In this document: piece after piece, positions 48,924 through 58,635 of the stretch
How positions within the stretch are numbered: position 1 is the first letter of the stretch
How the letters are laid out: each line of letters begins with the position of its first letter
Source: Oscillospiraceae bacterium
GTDB taxonomy: Bacteria; Bacillota; Clostridia; Oscillospirales; Acutalibacteraceae
Length of the DNA stretch: 64,000 nucleotides
Assembly: GCA_031290105.1 (NCBI GenBank)
Contig: JAITOD010000074.1
Location: forward strand, 2,563-66,562
Reading direction: 5' to 3'
Notes under the pieces: generated by a model
The model's database searches: none
What the model was told of the DNA's origin: nothing
What the model saw: the letters and a program-made list of their open reading frames with translations, nothing else
Translations under genes and position numbers: made by a program

Positions 48924-49326
48924 AGGTTTTTACTCCTTCCGTGATTTCGCCTTCTGTTGTGTTTACCGTGCATAAGATTATCAAGCTTTCATCTTGAAAT
49001 TCCAGCGTGATATTCTGAACCTCGAGAATCCGTTCGTCATCCAATAGCGAATCCTCCAGCAATCCCGGCAGTGCGCTGGTGATTAGCTCTCGCGTGGCGT
49101 CGTCTCCATGGGTCAGCGCACGCAGTTCAAGCCCGTATTCATCATCGTAAATCGGGACGGCGTAGCGCTCTGTCAGTATGATTTTTGTTATCGCCTGCCG
49201 GACCCCGTCCATGCCGTCCACAGTGCCGATAATGCGTCCCGCTTGCAAATCTAGCTTGTAGGTTTTGTTCTGAACGCTGATACTTTCTTCTATTCCCTCA
49301 ATAGGTATTGGTATAAATACAGCCAT
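48916..49326 (-). CDS. baseplate wedge protein XkdS-like (DUF2634)
   Basis: Start MAVFIPIP after AAGGGGTGAG. Size and synteny fit. Confidence 0.55.
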   Translation of the reverse strand: MAVFIPIPIEGIEESISVQNKTYKLDLQAGRIIGTVDGMDGVRQAITKIILTERYAVPIYDDEYGLELRALTHGDDATRELITSALPGLLEDSLLDDERILEVQNITLEFQDESLIILCTVNTTEGEITEGVKTYV

Positions 49327-49330
49327 GTTC

Positions 49331-49585
49331 TCACCCCTTGTCCAGCAGATAAAACGAGTTCTCGGCCAATGATAGAACATATACCGTGTCACCCGGTTTG
49401 GGAGCATTTTCGCCGGAGAGCCGGGCAGGAATAATAAGATCTCCTTCATCAAGCCAAAACTTTTCATCATGAATTCCCTGCAGTTCCAGTGGCTCGACCG
49501 AAATAACCGCGCATGAAATGATCCCGCCGCCGCCGGCGCTGATTGCTCCACGAATGAGCTGCAAAATGCCGTTGTCCCCGCCCAT
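49331..49585 (-). CDS. XkdR-like small baseplate protein (DUF2577)
   Basis: 84 aa. Synteny supports the call. Confidence 0.5.
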   Translation of the reverse strand: MGGDNGILQLIRGAISAGGGGIISCAVISVEPLELQGIHDEKFWLDEGDLIIPARLSGENAPKPGDTVYVLSLAENSFYLLDKG

Positions 49586-50562
49586 CAGATCTCGTCCTCC
49601 GTCCTTGTCAGCTTTAAGCGCATTCGGTGCGTCCCGTCAAAGGTGTGCGCGTCTTCGTCCACATAGTAAGTGCGCCCCGCTATATTTGGCAAAATCGCGT
49701 GTACGCATCGCCCCGATATGATATCAGCAATGCCAATAGCTTCAACCGATAGTGTAATCACCGGCTTCGCCAGCTCAGCGATTTTTTGCTTCCCCAACGC
49801 AAGGTACTGCGCCCTTGGAGTTCCCTTGCTAACGCTCTCAATTTCTTGCATAATGCCAATTCGGCTTTCAAGTTCCGGGCGTTTTTCCAGCAAAATAGTT
49901 GTGTCAATGTCTGATGTATTCCATACCATTTTCAGCCGTGTGCGCGTTTTTTCAATGCTGGTGCTAAGGTTGTATGAGATTAAATTCACGCCCGGTTCAA
50001 GAACCCACGGTATCGTCGTTTCGCGCCGCAAAATCAGTTCCAGGCGGTCTTTTTCACTGTATATCCAGTATCTCCGTCCGGTCGCGGTGAAGGTTGCGCT
50101 CATCGCTTCCTGCAAAACGTCCCAAGCCGTCGCTGCGGATTTTTTAAGGCTCGGTATTTTGTATCCGCTTTCTGCCGCCGAGTAGGGAATTTCAAAGCGC
50201 GTGCAAATGTCGCGGAAAATCTGCGTCAGCGTCTTGGATTTATAGCAAAATGTGTCGCGGTTATTTGAAAGATAAACCCCGTTGTCAAAAGCCTTTATGC
50301 TCATAGTTTCCTTGTCGCTCGGCGCGTCAGAAAAGATTAGCCCCCTAAAAAGCTCCGCACCCTTGTAAAGGAAAATCAAATGGTTGCCTTGCACAGCGTC
50401 TATGCCGGAGCGCGGATATTTGCCGCTCTCAAGCAGAGTCGCCGTCATCGTCCGCGCGGAAGCGCCCTTGCGTCCGCTCCACTGAACGGAACCCACAAGC
50501 AGCTGCGATATATCGTAAGTCTGCCCGGAGCGGATTAAAAGCAAAGTGCAGTCGGTTAGCAT
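49585..50562 (-). CDS. XkdQ / late-control-D-like tail protein
   Basis: Start MLTDCTLLL after AAAGGAG. ~325 aa. Lies between the LysM protein and the baseplate genes. Confidence 0.6.
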   Translation of the reverse strand: MLTDCTLLLIRSGQTYDISQLLVGSVQWSGRKGASARTMTATLLESGKYPRSGIDAVQGNHLIFLYKGAELFRGLIFSDAPSDKETMSIKAFDNGVYLSNNRDTFCYKSKTLTQIFRDICTRFEIPYSAAESGYKIPSLKKSAATAWDVLQEAMSATFTATGRRYWIYSEKDRLELILRRETTIPWVLEPGVNLISYNLSTSIEKTRTRLKMVWNTSDIDTTILLEKRPELESRIGIMQEIESVSKGTPRAQYLALGKQKIAELAKPVITLSVEAIGIADIISGRCVHAILPNIAGRTYYVDEDAHTFDGTHRMRLKLTRTEDEI

Positions 50563-50600
50563 GGCAAATTCTCCTTTGTGATATATTTCCACTAAAAAGC

Positions 50601-50629
50601 TTGACACGTTAAAACATATCGGATATAAT
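50601..50629 (+). promoter_or_regulatory. sigma-A promoter TTGACA-17-TATAAT for the toxin-antitoxin pair
   Basis: Exact consensus, 43 nt upstream of 50672. Confidence 0.6.
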
Positions 50630-50671
50630 AATGACATCATATAGCATATCAAGCATGATTGTGGGGTTACG

Positions 50672-51031
50672 ATGCAAAACTACGACATCCAATTTTTTGA
50701 AACCTCCGAAGGCAAATGTCCCGTGCGTGATTTCATGGATTCGCTAGATATGAAAATGCTTGCAAAGCTCTATCGCACACTTGAAATGGTGGAAGAATTT
50801 GGCTCAGCGTTGCGCGAACCTTATTCTAAACACCTGGATGACGGCATTTTTGAGCTTCGTGCTAAGGTCGGCTCAGATATCACACGTGTGTTGTATTTTT
50901 TCTTCATCGGTCATAAGGTAATTTTGACCAATGGTTTTATTAAGAAAACACAGAAAACGCCGCAAGGTGAAATTAATAAAGCCAAGGAATACCGAAAAGA
51001 ATATTTGATACGAGAGGAGCAAAGCCAATGA
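50672..51031 (+). CDS. RelE/HigB-family toxin (phage Gp49-like)
   Basis: 119 aa. F.ETS.G..PV.DF...L........L..L.E.G..L..P..KHL.DGIFELR...G..I.RVLYFF matches the Gp49/HigB-like pattern. Confidence 0.75.
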   Translation: MQNYDIQFFETSEGKCPVRDFMDSLDMKMLAKLYRTLEMVEEFGSALREPYSKHLDDGIFELRAKVGSDITRVLYFFFIGHKVILTNGFIKKTQKTPQGEINKAKEYRKEYLIREEQSQ

Positions 51032-51306
51032 CTTCCTTCAAAGCCCTCAAGGCCGAGCTTATGCAAAACCCTGAATTCCGCACCGAGTATGAGGCCCTCG
51101 CGCCCGAATTCGAGATTGCCCGTGCCGTGATTTACGCGCGCGAAACGGCTGGGCTATCCCAACGCCAGCTGTCCGAAAAGACGGGCATAACCCAGTCTGA
51201 CATAAACAAGCTCGAAAACGGTAATGCAAACCCCACGCTCAAAACTCTTCAACGCCTGGCCGAGGGTATCGGGGCCAAGCTCACGATTGAATTTCAGCGC
51301 GCCTAG
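51028..51306 (+). CDS. XRE-family HTH antitoxin (HigA-like)
   Basis: HTH LSQRQLSEKTGITQSDINKLENG. 4-nt overlap with the toxin. Toxin-first gene order. Confidence 0.75.
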   Translation: MTSFKALKAELMQNPEFRTEYEALAPEFEIARAVIYARETAGLSQRQLSEKTGITQSDINKLENGNANPTLKTLQRLAEGIGAKLTIEFQRA

Positions 51307-51962
51307 CCTTTCGGAATCACAAAAACCTGCCCCGGATAAATCCAGTGCGGGTCTTTGATTTTTGCTTTGTTCGCGTTGTAAATCAACTTCCATTTAGCTC
51401 CATCTCCCAGGAGCTTTTTGGCAATGAGATATAGGCTGTCGCCCTTGATTACCGTGTAAGTTCCGGGTATTGTTCTGCTGCCGCTGCGTGATTTCGAGTT
51501 GCCCGGCAGCTGCGCTTTGCCGTTCTTAACCGTTATTTTTCGCACAGTGACTAAGGGCGACGCTTTCAGACTGAACGAGTAGCCAATGTCGCCCGCACCG
51601 AACGCCCCCTCGTCACACGCGAAAGTGTCAACGTATCCGGTCAGGTTTATCCAGCTGTTCGTTACTATTAAGTGGACTCGCGTGCCGTCGTCTTTCCATT
51701 TCTTTATCTTTGTAACAAGCTTTTTAGGTGACGGCCAGGTTCCCGTCCATGAGATGGTCGGCGGCTTGTGTGCCGGGAAAAAGCCGGAAAAGCTGACCGA
51801 TTGCGCAGGGCTTGGCTGAGGAATCGTTAGTTCGCCCAAGCCCAGCACGGTCAACGAGCTGTTTTTGCTTGCCCCCGAAACTTGAAATTTGCTTGACACA
51901 ATAGGCAGTCGCAGATTATCCTTTTCGCCGTTAGCCGTTAACCAAAGCTGATATTTTGCCAT
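51303..51962 (-). CDS. LysM-domain tail protein (XkdP-like)
   Basis: C-terminal LysM YTVIKGDSLYLIAKKLLGDGAKWKLIYNANK. Start trimmed to 51962 (TAAGGAGG RBS). Confidence 0.7.
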   Translation of the reverse strand: MAKYQLWLTANGEKDNLRLPIVSSKFQVSGASKNSSLTVLGLGELTIPQPSPAQSVSFSGFFPAHKPPTISWTGTWPSPKKLVTKIKKWKDDGTRVHLIVTNSWINLTGYVDTFACDEGAFGAGDIGYSFSLKASPLVTVRKITVKNGKAQLPGNSKSRSGSRTIPGTYTVIKGDSLYLIAKKLLGDGAKWKLIYNANKAKIKDPHWIYPGQVFVIPKG

Positions 51963-51973
51963 TTGCCGCCTCC

Positions 51974-54900
51974 TTATGTTATATAGCTTCCGTCGCCGTC
52001 CGTCACGATTTCTTCCGCAATCAGGTCCATCACCGCCGTGCGCAAACGCGGCTGCACAAACGTCCATACTTGCTCTTCGTCCATGCCGCCGCTGATTTTA
52101 ATGCTGCCGCCGCCGTTTATGTTAAGCGTGATTTCTTTGTGCTGTGCGGAAGTGTTTACGGGCGCGGACGCTCCCTGCGGTTTGGCAAGGATGTCGCGTG
52201 TCCTGCCGTTAGTCAAAACCTGTTCGCCGCCACGGAAGTTAACGATTTCGGGACCGTATTCGCCAACCAGTGTCGGACCCGGAAGAGCTGACGCGGTTCC
52301 GTTCGCGTCGCCCGGAAGCGTCAGCCCAGTGGTCGGCGTTTCAGGGTTGATGTTCAAGCCCATACCCAGAACGCCCGACACAAGTTCAACCGCCGATTCC
52401 ACCCCGCCGATTTTCGATTGAATCCCGGCAATGTACCCGTTCATAGTCTTGATGGCGGCTTTTTTCGCGTCGCCCTCAATGTCAAGGCCGTTTATTGCGT
52501 TTTTCGCGCTTGTTTGCGCGTCCGTCAAAACGTCGTCAAATTGGGTTTTGATTTTCGTCGTTTCGGTTGCTAGTTTGTCCTCGCCTTCCAAAACCTTCTC
52601 GTACTGCTTGTTGATTTCATCAATTGTAGACTTGCTGGCTCCCGCTAAGGCTTTGACCTGCTCCCCGCTCTCAACGCTGCCGTCGGAAAGTCTTTCCAGC
52701 AGTTCCTGAGAAAGTCCCTTGTCTTTCAGCGTCTGTAACCGATTCGCGTAGTTTTCGAAGAAGCTTGCTTGCGTTGTTAATGCGTCTTTAATGGTTCCAA
52801 TCGTTGTTTCGCCGCTGAATTCTACCTTTTCAAACAGCCCGATTTGCCCGCCAATGCTTTCTTTTGCCGCTTTGTATGTTTCATCGTAAGCCAGCGCAAG
52901 GTCTGCCAAGCTGCTTTTTAGCATCGACGTTCCGGCGGCCATCGCCTGTTGTGAATCGGTGAGCTTGTCGGTGCCCTCAGGCATACCACTCATTTCGTGC
53001 AAAATCTTTTCTATGTCTTCAAGGTTTTCCTGATATGTTCTTCCCGCATCATCATAAGAAGCTTTAAGGTCGTCAACCTGTTTTTGTGCCGCCGAAAGCT
53101 CTGAGCTATTGAGCCCGGCTAGTCCCCAGTCGTTGCCCTGATTGCCGGCTAATGATGCCCAGAAATTGTCGTCATTGCCGCGTACCCGGCGAACATATTC
53201 AGCGTCTGCAATTTTCAATGCTTCTTTAGCGTCAGTTAAAAGCTTTTGTTTTTCAGCTAAATCATTTTTAAGCCCCGGCGATTTAGCCATTAGTTCGTTG
53301 TATCGCTCTTGGTTCGCCTTTATTTTCTCGTTTTCGATTCTAAATGCTGCTAATGCCCCAACTTTTTTTGTTATCGCTTCGTGGGTTCCCATCAAGTCGT
53401 CATAGTTCAATCCCATTTCCGGCATAGCCGCGTTAATCGCTTTAATTACAGCCATCAATTCCGTCTGTGCTTCTGTGTTGTCTTTTGCTAATGGAACAAG
53501 TCTTGCCATCTTTGCCATTAGCGCTTCAATATTTTGTTCTTCTAAAAATATTGAATACTTAGTTTCATTGAACGCAGTGCGCGCGTCCTCGCTTGCTTTT
53601 ACCAGCGCATCCGTTTTCGCGACCGCTTCCTCTACCGACTGCTTGTTGTTTTCGAACGCTTCGGTTTCATCGTCAACGCGTTTGCGCAGCTCCATAGCCT
53701 CGGTAGAGTACTCGCCGTGTATGCGTTTTGCTTCTTCATATTCGCCGTTCAGTTTTTGCAGCTCGCCGTATTGTTCGCGTGTGGACGCGGTCATACCATG
53801 CATAGGGTCCTGAGTCTCAAGCACCTTAAAGAACGCGGCCAGTGCAATTGTTGCGGTTACTATCCCCGCGATTATCGCCGCCGGCGCCAAAATCGGATTT
53901 GACGCCAGCGCCAGATTGAGATTTTTAATAGCCGGAACCGCTACTTTGGTAACAATCACAAATCCCGCCAGCGCTGCTGACGCAACTGCCAATCCTGTGC
54001 CCACACCGGTAATTGCCGCCGCAACGCCGGAGTTGTTTTCCACAATCCCCGCCATCCAGTTCAGAATCCCCGTGCCCTTATCGGCAAAATCCTTTATGGC
54101 GGGATTCAGCTTGTCGCCAAACGCAGATTTGAGGTTTTCGGCGGCATTTTTTGTCATCGCCAGCTTGCTCTCAAGGGTTCCGTAGCGCAGCGAAGCCTCG
54201 CGGCTAAGCGCAGAGTTTTCCTCCCACGCAGTGTTGGCCATTTCAACAGCGCTTCCCAAAAGCTCACTGTTTCCGGCTAGTGAGCGAATCGCGTTTGAAA
54301 GCCTTATGTCGGTTAGCCCCATCTCGTCGAGTATGACCGTAGCCGTGGACGATCCGTTGTTCAGTCCCTCAAAAAAGCGTTGCATAGTGCCAACTGCGTC
54401 TGTGCCAAATGCCAGCTTGAATTGCTCAGCGGACATTCCCGACGCGTCCGCGAATTGCTCCAGCTTTTTGTTGCCCGTTTCAACTGCCGTCTGCATGAGG
54501 GTAATTAGCCGTGAGAGCGCAGAACCGCCTGCCTCCGATTCAATGCCCAGTGAAGAGAGCGAAGCCGAAAGTGCAAGAATATTCGGCTCGTTCATGTTAG
54601 CAAGCTTTCCGGCAGAAGCAAGCCGCAGGCTCATGTTTGTAATGTCCAGTTCTGTCGTTGCAAAATTGTTTCCCAGCGCAACAATGGTCGAACCCAATTT
54701 GTCGTAATTGTCCGGGTTCATTTTTGTTATGTTGGCAAACTTTGCCAGAGTGCTTGCTCCATTTTCAGCGCCAAGGTTGGTTGATTCCGATAAGTCCATA
54801 ATAACGCGGCTGAACTTCGTCACGTTTTCCGTTGATATTCCCAGTTGCCCCGCAGCTTCTGCTACCGCCGCGATTTCAGCCGCCGTGCTTGGCAGTTCCG

Positions 54901-55444
54901 TAGCCATATTCTTTATTTCTTTGCTTATCGCCGCCAGCTGCTCAGGAGTGCCGGACACCGTCTTGTATACGCCCGTGATTGCGCTTTCAAATGCCGCCGA
55001 TGCGGAAACCGCGCTTGAGAGCCCCTCAATAATTTGCTTTGAGAATTTCAGCAGTACGCCGGAAGCTATGACACTTTCAATTGTCGCCGCCGTACCGGAT
55101 ATTTTTTCGCCGAGCTTTTGTGTTTTCGCTGACGCTTCTTCTTCCTTTTCGCCGAAAGTCCGCGCTTTTTCTTTGCTTTCGTCAAAGCCTTTGCCCAGAG
55201 CTTTTGTGGCGGTATTTGTCTGTGACAGAGCTTGCTCCAGCTTTTCGCCGCTCTGAGCTGTGCCGCCAAGCGCAGTCGCCGTTCCATCAGCTGTTTTTTC
55301 TGCACCGGATAAAGCCGCGTCAGCCGCAGTTCCACCCGTTTCAAGAGTTTGGAACAATTTTGCCGCGCGGGTTTCAATTTGTTCAAGCTTCGCGCTCATT
55401 TGGTCAATCAACTCGAACGTCGCCGATAGTTTCCTGTCTGCCAC
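51974..55444 (-). CDS. tail tape measure protein
   Basis: ~1157 aa, alpha-helical and Ala/Glu/Lys-rich, with internal hydrophobic TM-like segments. Lies after the chaperone pair. Confidence 0.85.
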   Translation of the reverse strand: MADRKLSATFELIDQMSAKLEQIETRAAKLFQTLETGGTAADAALSGAEKTADGTATALGGTAQSGEKLEQALSQTNTATKALGKGFDESKEKARTFGEKEEEASAKTQKLGEKISGTAATIESVIASGVLLKFSKQIIEGLSSAVSASAAFESAITGVYKTVSGTPEQLAAISKEIKNMATELPSTAAEIAAVAEAAGQLGISTENVTKFSRVIMDLSESTNLGAENGASTLAKFANITKMNPDNYDKLGSTIVALGNNFATTELDITNMSLRLASAGKLANMNEPNILALSASLSSLGIESEAGGSALSRLITLMQTAVETGNKKLEQFADASGMSAEQFKLAFGTDAVGTMQRFFEGLNNGSSTATVILDEMGLTDIRLSNAIRSLAGNSELLGSAVEMANTAWEENSALSREASLRYGTLESKLAMTKNAAENLKSAFGDKLNPAIKDFADKGTGILNWMAGIVENNSGVAAAITGVGTGLAVASAALAGFVIVTKVAVPAIKNLNLALASNPILAPAAIIAGIVTATIALAAFFKVLETQDPMHGMTASTREQYGELQKLNGEYEEAKRIHGEYSTEAMELRKRVDDETEAFENNKQSVEEAVAKTDALVKASEDARTAFNETKYSIFLEEQNIEALMAKMARLVPLAKDNTEAQTELMAVIKAINAAMPEMGLNYDDLMGTHEAITKKVGALAAFRIENEKIKANQERYNELMAKSPGLKNDLAEKQKLLTDAKEALKIADAEYVRRVRGNDDNFWASLAGNQGNDWGLAGLNSSELSAAQKQVDDLKASYDDAGRTYQENLEDIEKILHEMSGMPEGTDKLTDSQQAMAAGTSMLKSSLADLALAYDETYKAAKESIGGQIGLFEKVEFSGETTIGTIKDALTTQASFFENYANRLQTLKDKGLSQELLERLSDGSVESGEQVKALAGASKSTIDEINKQYEKVLEGEDKLATETTKIKTQFDDVLTDAQTSAKNAINGLDIEGDAKKAAIKTMNGYIAGIQSKIGGVESAVELVSGVLGMGLNINPETPTTGLTLPGDANGTASALPGPTLVGEYGPEIVNFRGGEQVLTNGRTRDILAKPQGASAPVNTSAQHKEITLNINGGGSIKISGGMDEEQVWTFVQPRLRTAVMDLIAEEIVTDGDGSYIT

Positions 55445-55633
55445 AAAAATTGCTCCTCTCCCCAAATTTCAAGAACCGGATTTTTGCACCTGCCTAATCC
55501 GGCTCTTCTTCAAACAACTCCAGCTGAAGCTCCGCAATGTATAAGCTTTTTAGTCTTATGTCCATTTCGGAGAAATCCTCCATCCGAAGTCTGCGGTGAC
55601 GCCACAGTAAGCCCGCCCAGTAAAGCTCGCTGC

Positions 55634-56083
55634 CTACTGCGGCAAATCCTTTTTTGCCTTTTTTATGAGAGTTTCGGCGTCTGCGTTGTCGTTGATTACG
55701 GCGTAAACCATGCTGATTACGTGTTCAACCTCGCCCGGCTCATGAAAAACACGGTCAAGCATTTCCGTTATGTCTATGCAGTCAAGTTTTGCCATCAGCC
55801 CCGCGTCTTTTAGGTCCGGGTAAACTAACGCTTCCGCAACTATAAGCCGCACAGCTTTTTCGGTGTCATAAATCACTTCATGCACCACTTCACCGCCGTT
55901 GATGTAAGGATTTCCCTTGTCGTCAACCGCAATTTTAGTGTCCTTGCAGTCGCCGCGCAGCTTTTTAAGTACTTGCGGCGGCAGTGTGCGGATTTCCATC
56001 AGGTCATCGCCGAAACGCTTCGGTAAAGGAGCCTTGATGATTTTCTCCTCAAACGGGTGCATGAACGCAGTTAAGCTTTTCAT
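55634..56083 (-). CDS. tail assembly chaperone (XkdN-like)
   Basis: 149 aa between the tube and tape measure genes. A slippery site lies 5 codons before the stop. Confidence 0.65.
   Translation of the reverse strand: MKSLTAFMHPFEEKIIKAPLPKRFGDDLMEIRTLPPQVLKKLRGDCKDTKIAVDDKGNPYINGGEVVHEVIYDTEKAVRLIVAEALVYPDLKDAGLMAKLDCIDITEMLDRVFHEPGEVEHVISMVYAVINDNADAETLIKKAKKDLPQ
55649..55655 (-). other. candidate -1 programmed frameshift heptamer A_AAA_AAG
   Basis: Zero frame reads GCA AAA AAG. The -1 frame stays open for ~52 more codons to the TAG at 55494-55496. Confidence 0.6.
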
Positions 56084-56094
56084 GTTACTTCTCC

Positions 56095-56541
56095 TTATTT
56101 GATTGTGACGTTTTTGACGTTGAACTGAATTGTGTCCTTTAGGACTTCGCCGTTCACGTCCAGCCAGAATAGATTGATGTCGCTCGTAACGACGCACCCG
56201 GTCGCTGTTACCGTATCGTCTTTCCCGCCGCTTGCCGCGTAGTCGCTGCCCTTGACGACTTGAATTCCCTGCATCGTGAAAGACGGCGTAATGCCTTTCG
56301 ACTTCCACACAGTAACTTGGTCGCGCAGGAATTTTGACGCGCGGATTCGCACCATCTCGCCCTTGGCGGTGTACCCCAGCCAGTTTGTGTTTTCGCCGTC
56401 GGGGTCGCCGCTTTCTCTGAACGTGGATACAATCGGCGTAATCCAAATGCGTGCGGACTCAGCGTCGCCAACGTGAAGTCCGTTTGCATAAAGCTTTGCG
56501 TTTCGCAGAACAATTTTCTGCACATTTTCAGGGTTAGCCAT
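56095..56541 (-). CDS. tail tube protein (XkdM-like)
   Basis: 148 aa, directly downstream of the sheath gene. Confidence 0.7.
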   Translation of the reverse strand: MANPENVQKIVLRNAKLYANGLHVGDAESARIWITPIVSTFRESGDPDGENTNWLGYTAKGEMVRIRASKFLRDQVTVWKSKGITPSFTMQGIQVVKGSDYAASGGKDDTVTATGCVVTSDINLFWLDVNGEVLKDTIQFNVKNVTIK

Positions 56542-56554
56542 GGTTTGCTCCTTT

Positions 56555-57919
56555 CTATTTCACAATTGCCGTCACGTAAGTTTTGTCTGTGCTGTCCAGC
56601 GGCTGAATTGCAATTTGAACCACCGTGTGGTCGTCAACGCTTCCCGCGCGGTCAATGTAAACATCGTTTTCTTCGTCCACGTTCTGAATGGCTTTGTCTG
56701 ATTGCATTTCCAGCAGAAGATTCGTTATCAGCCCCTCGCGAATCTTGAAGCCGTCTTCGTCGTTGTCGAACTTGCCCGGCGTCAGCAGCCGCTGCAGCCT
56801 GGCGTCCAGCTCGTCAAAAACGCTCAGAATGCGGTTTTTGCGCCAACGTTCGTCCTTCTCTGCATTGAACGAAACAAGGGAGTTGATGTCATAGTACGCA
56901 ACAACGGTTCCGTCTTGGTCTGTTGCAAAAGCAAACCCGCCCGAAAGAATTGTTTCGTCCATGTCTTCAACCGCCGGATAAACTTCTGTTGCGCCCTCAA
57001 CAGGCGAGAATGTCAGCGTTTGAGTGTATTTTGCCGCCGCACGCGCTCCCGCTACCCACGCGCAAGCGGTTTGTGCCGTAAGGTTCCCCGCGTCACACGC
57101 ATATCCGTTGACCACGTTAGTAACGCCCTCATAATCTGCGGGAAAATTCGGAAATACAGCGCGGATTTTCTTGCCATTGCCGTCCCTCAGTTGTCGCACC
57201 TTTGAGAGTGTCGCTGTAAGAATCGCTTGGTCTGCAGTGGGTACGCAAATCACGTCAAAGTGCAGTGCGTCCAGCGTCTGCAAGAACGCTTCAAAGTCGT
57301 CGTTATTGGCTTCCGCGTCTGTGCCGTCCGCAAGGTTAAGCCCGGCGGTTGGAACAAGTGCTTCAGCAGCGTCTCCGCTAAAGGTTACCCAGCCGCTTGC
57401 CTGAACGCCCGGCAGGTCTCCGATTGTTGTGAGTCCCTTATATTCGCCTACGGCTTCATTGCCAAGCAGTATTATCACTTTAAAGGTTGAGTTCGGCTCT
57501 TCCGTGATTACGACCTTAATGAGGTTGCCCAATGAGCCGCCCTTTGCCGCCGTTATCGTTAGCCCCGGCGTGGCATTTTCTCCGTCTGTGCCCGGCAAAT
57601 TCGCCGTAGCCGGTACGCCTTGACCAACAGTGTAAGCAATCACCGCCGCCGCCCGTTTGAGTGCCTCTCGAATGAGCAATGAGTTTGTGTTTGTTGCCGC
57701 GTCGTCATAGATTCTGTGCCCAAGCTCCGCAAAAGATGCGTCCGGATTCTCCGCCGTTACTGTGACTGAAGTGCCGGATGTGCCCCATTCCGAATTCAGC
57801 AGCGGCAAAAGCACCGTACCGCGCCCGTCGGTATTGGCGATTGTTCGTCCGCTTCGCGTGTTGATGTATACGCCCGGCTGGATTTTGGGTTTACCCTGTT
57901 CAAAATTTCCGCCTGCCAT
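56555..57919 (-). CDS. contractile tail sheath protein (XkdK-like)
   Basis: 454 aa with N-terminal PGVYI motif. Synteny supports the call. Confidence 0.8.
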   Translation of the reverse strand: MAGGNFEQGKPKIQPGVYINTRSGRTIANTDGRGTVLLPLLNSEWGTSGTSVTVTAENPDASFAELGHRIYDDAATNTNSLLIREALKRAAAVIAYTVGQGVPATANLPGTDGENATPGLTITAAKGGSLGNLIKVVITEEPNSTFKVIILLGNEAVGEYKGLTTIGDLPGVQASGWVTFSGDAAEALVPTAGLNLADGTDAEANNDDFEAFLQTLDALHFDVICVPTADQAILTATLSKVRQLRDGNGKKIRAVFPNFPADYEGVTNVVNGYACDAGNLTAQTACAWVAGARAAAKYTQTLTFSPVEGATEVYPAVEDMDETILSGGFAFATDQDGTVVAYYDINSLVSFNAEKDERWRKNRILSVFDELDARLQRLLTPGKFDNDEDGFKIREGLITNLLLEMQSDKAIQNVDEENDVYIDRAGSVDDHTVVQIAIQPLDSTDKTYVTAIVK

Positions 57920-57920
57920 A

Positions 57921-58178
57921 TCAGTTTTCCTCCTTGCTTATTTTCTGTTTGCCCCAGCCCGCAAGCTTGGCGCGGATTTCAGCCACCGTGTATTCGCCTT
58001 TAAGCCCCGCCGCCGCGCCGTCAAAGTATGCCGTGCTTACCTTTAAAAGGCTTCGGCAGTGTTCTCTCAACGTCGCGAGAGGGAATTTTTTGGCGTCCGG
58101 CGTTGCAACAGTTTTTGCAACGCCGCCACCTATTGCCTGTGTTTCGCCAGTAGTTGGATTTGTCGTATTTTTAGCCAT
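57921..58178 (-). CDS. hypothetical phage protein
   Basis: 85-aa ORF packed tightly between neighbouring genes. Confidence 0.45.
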   Translation of the reverse strand: MAKNTTNPTTGETQAIGGGVAKTVATPDAKKFPLATLREHCRSLLKVSTAYFDGAAAGLKGEYTVAEIRAKLAGWGKQKISKEEN

Positions 58179-58626
58179 TTTTAGCCTCCTTTGGATTGTA
58201 ATGGATTTCGTGTGTGAGTGCGGGCAGAGCCGTCGCTTTTGGGTATTTTCTGCGGCTTGTCCAAGTCAGGGTGAGGTTTGCCGCACCCGTGTCGATTATG
58301 TTGCTGCTCGGGTCGTCCAGTCTCATGATTTCAGCCAACTGGGCACCTTGCTCATTATATAGCGGGATTTGGCATCGTCTCTCGCAGAGTGCCTCCGCTG
58401 CGCCTTGCGCCATGGCAATCGCATCCTGTGTTTCGTGCACAAAGAAAAGCACTACCCAGCGGCGTAACAGCGCCCAGGTGCTTGTGCTGTCGCCGCTTGC
58501 CGTTGCTGTGGGAGCGGGAAAGTAGACGGCGGGCACCATGAAGTTTTCGGGCATTTTGTGATAATATGGCGTTGCGGCTGTGTTTGCCAGTATAAATCGC
58601 GCAATGCTTGCAGTTTCCCAATCCAT
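58171..58626 (-). CDS. tail completion / neck protein (XkdJ-like)
   Basis: Synteny only. Confidence 0.45.
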   Translation of the reverse strand: MDWETASIARFILANTAATPYYHKMPENFMVPAVYFPAPTATASGDSTSTWALLRRWVVLFFVHETQDAIAMAQGAAEALCERRCQIPLYNEQGAQLAEIMRLDDPSSNIIDTGAANLTLTWTSRRKYPKATALPALTHEIHYNPKEAKNG

Positions 58627-58635
58627 AGTTCCCCC

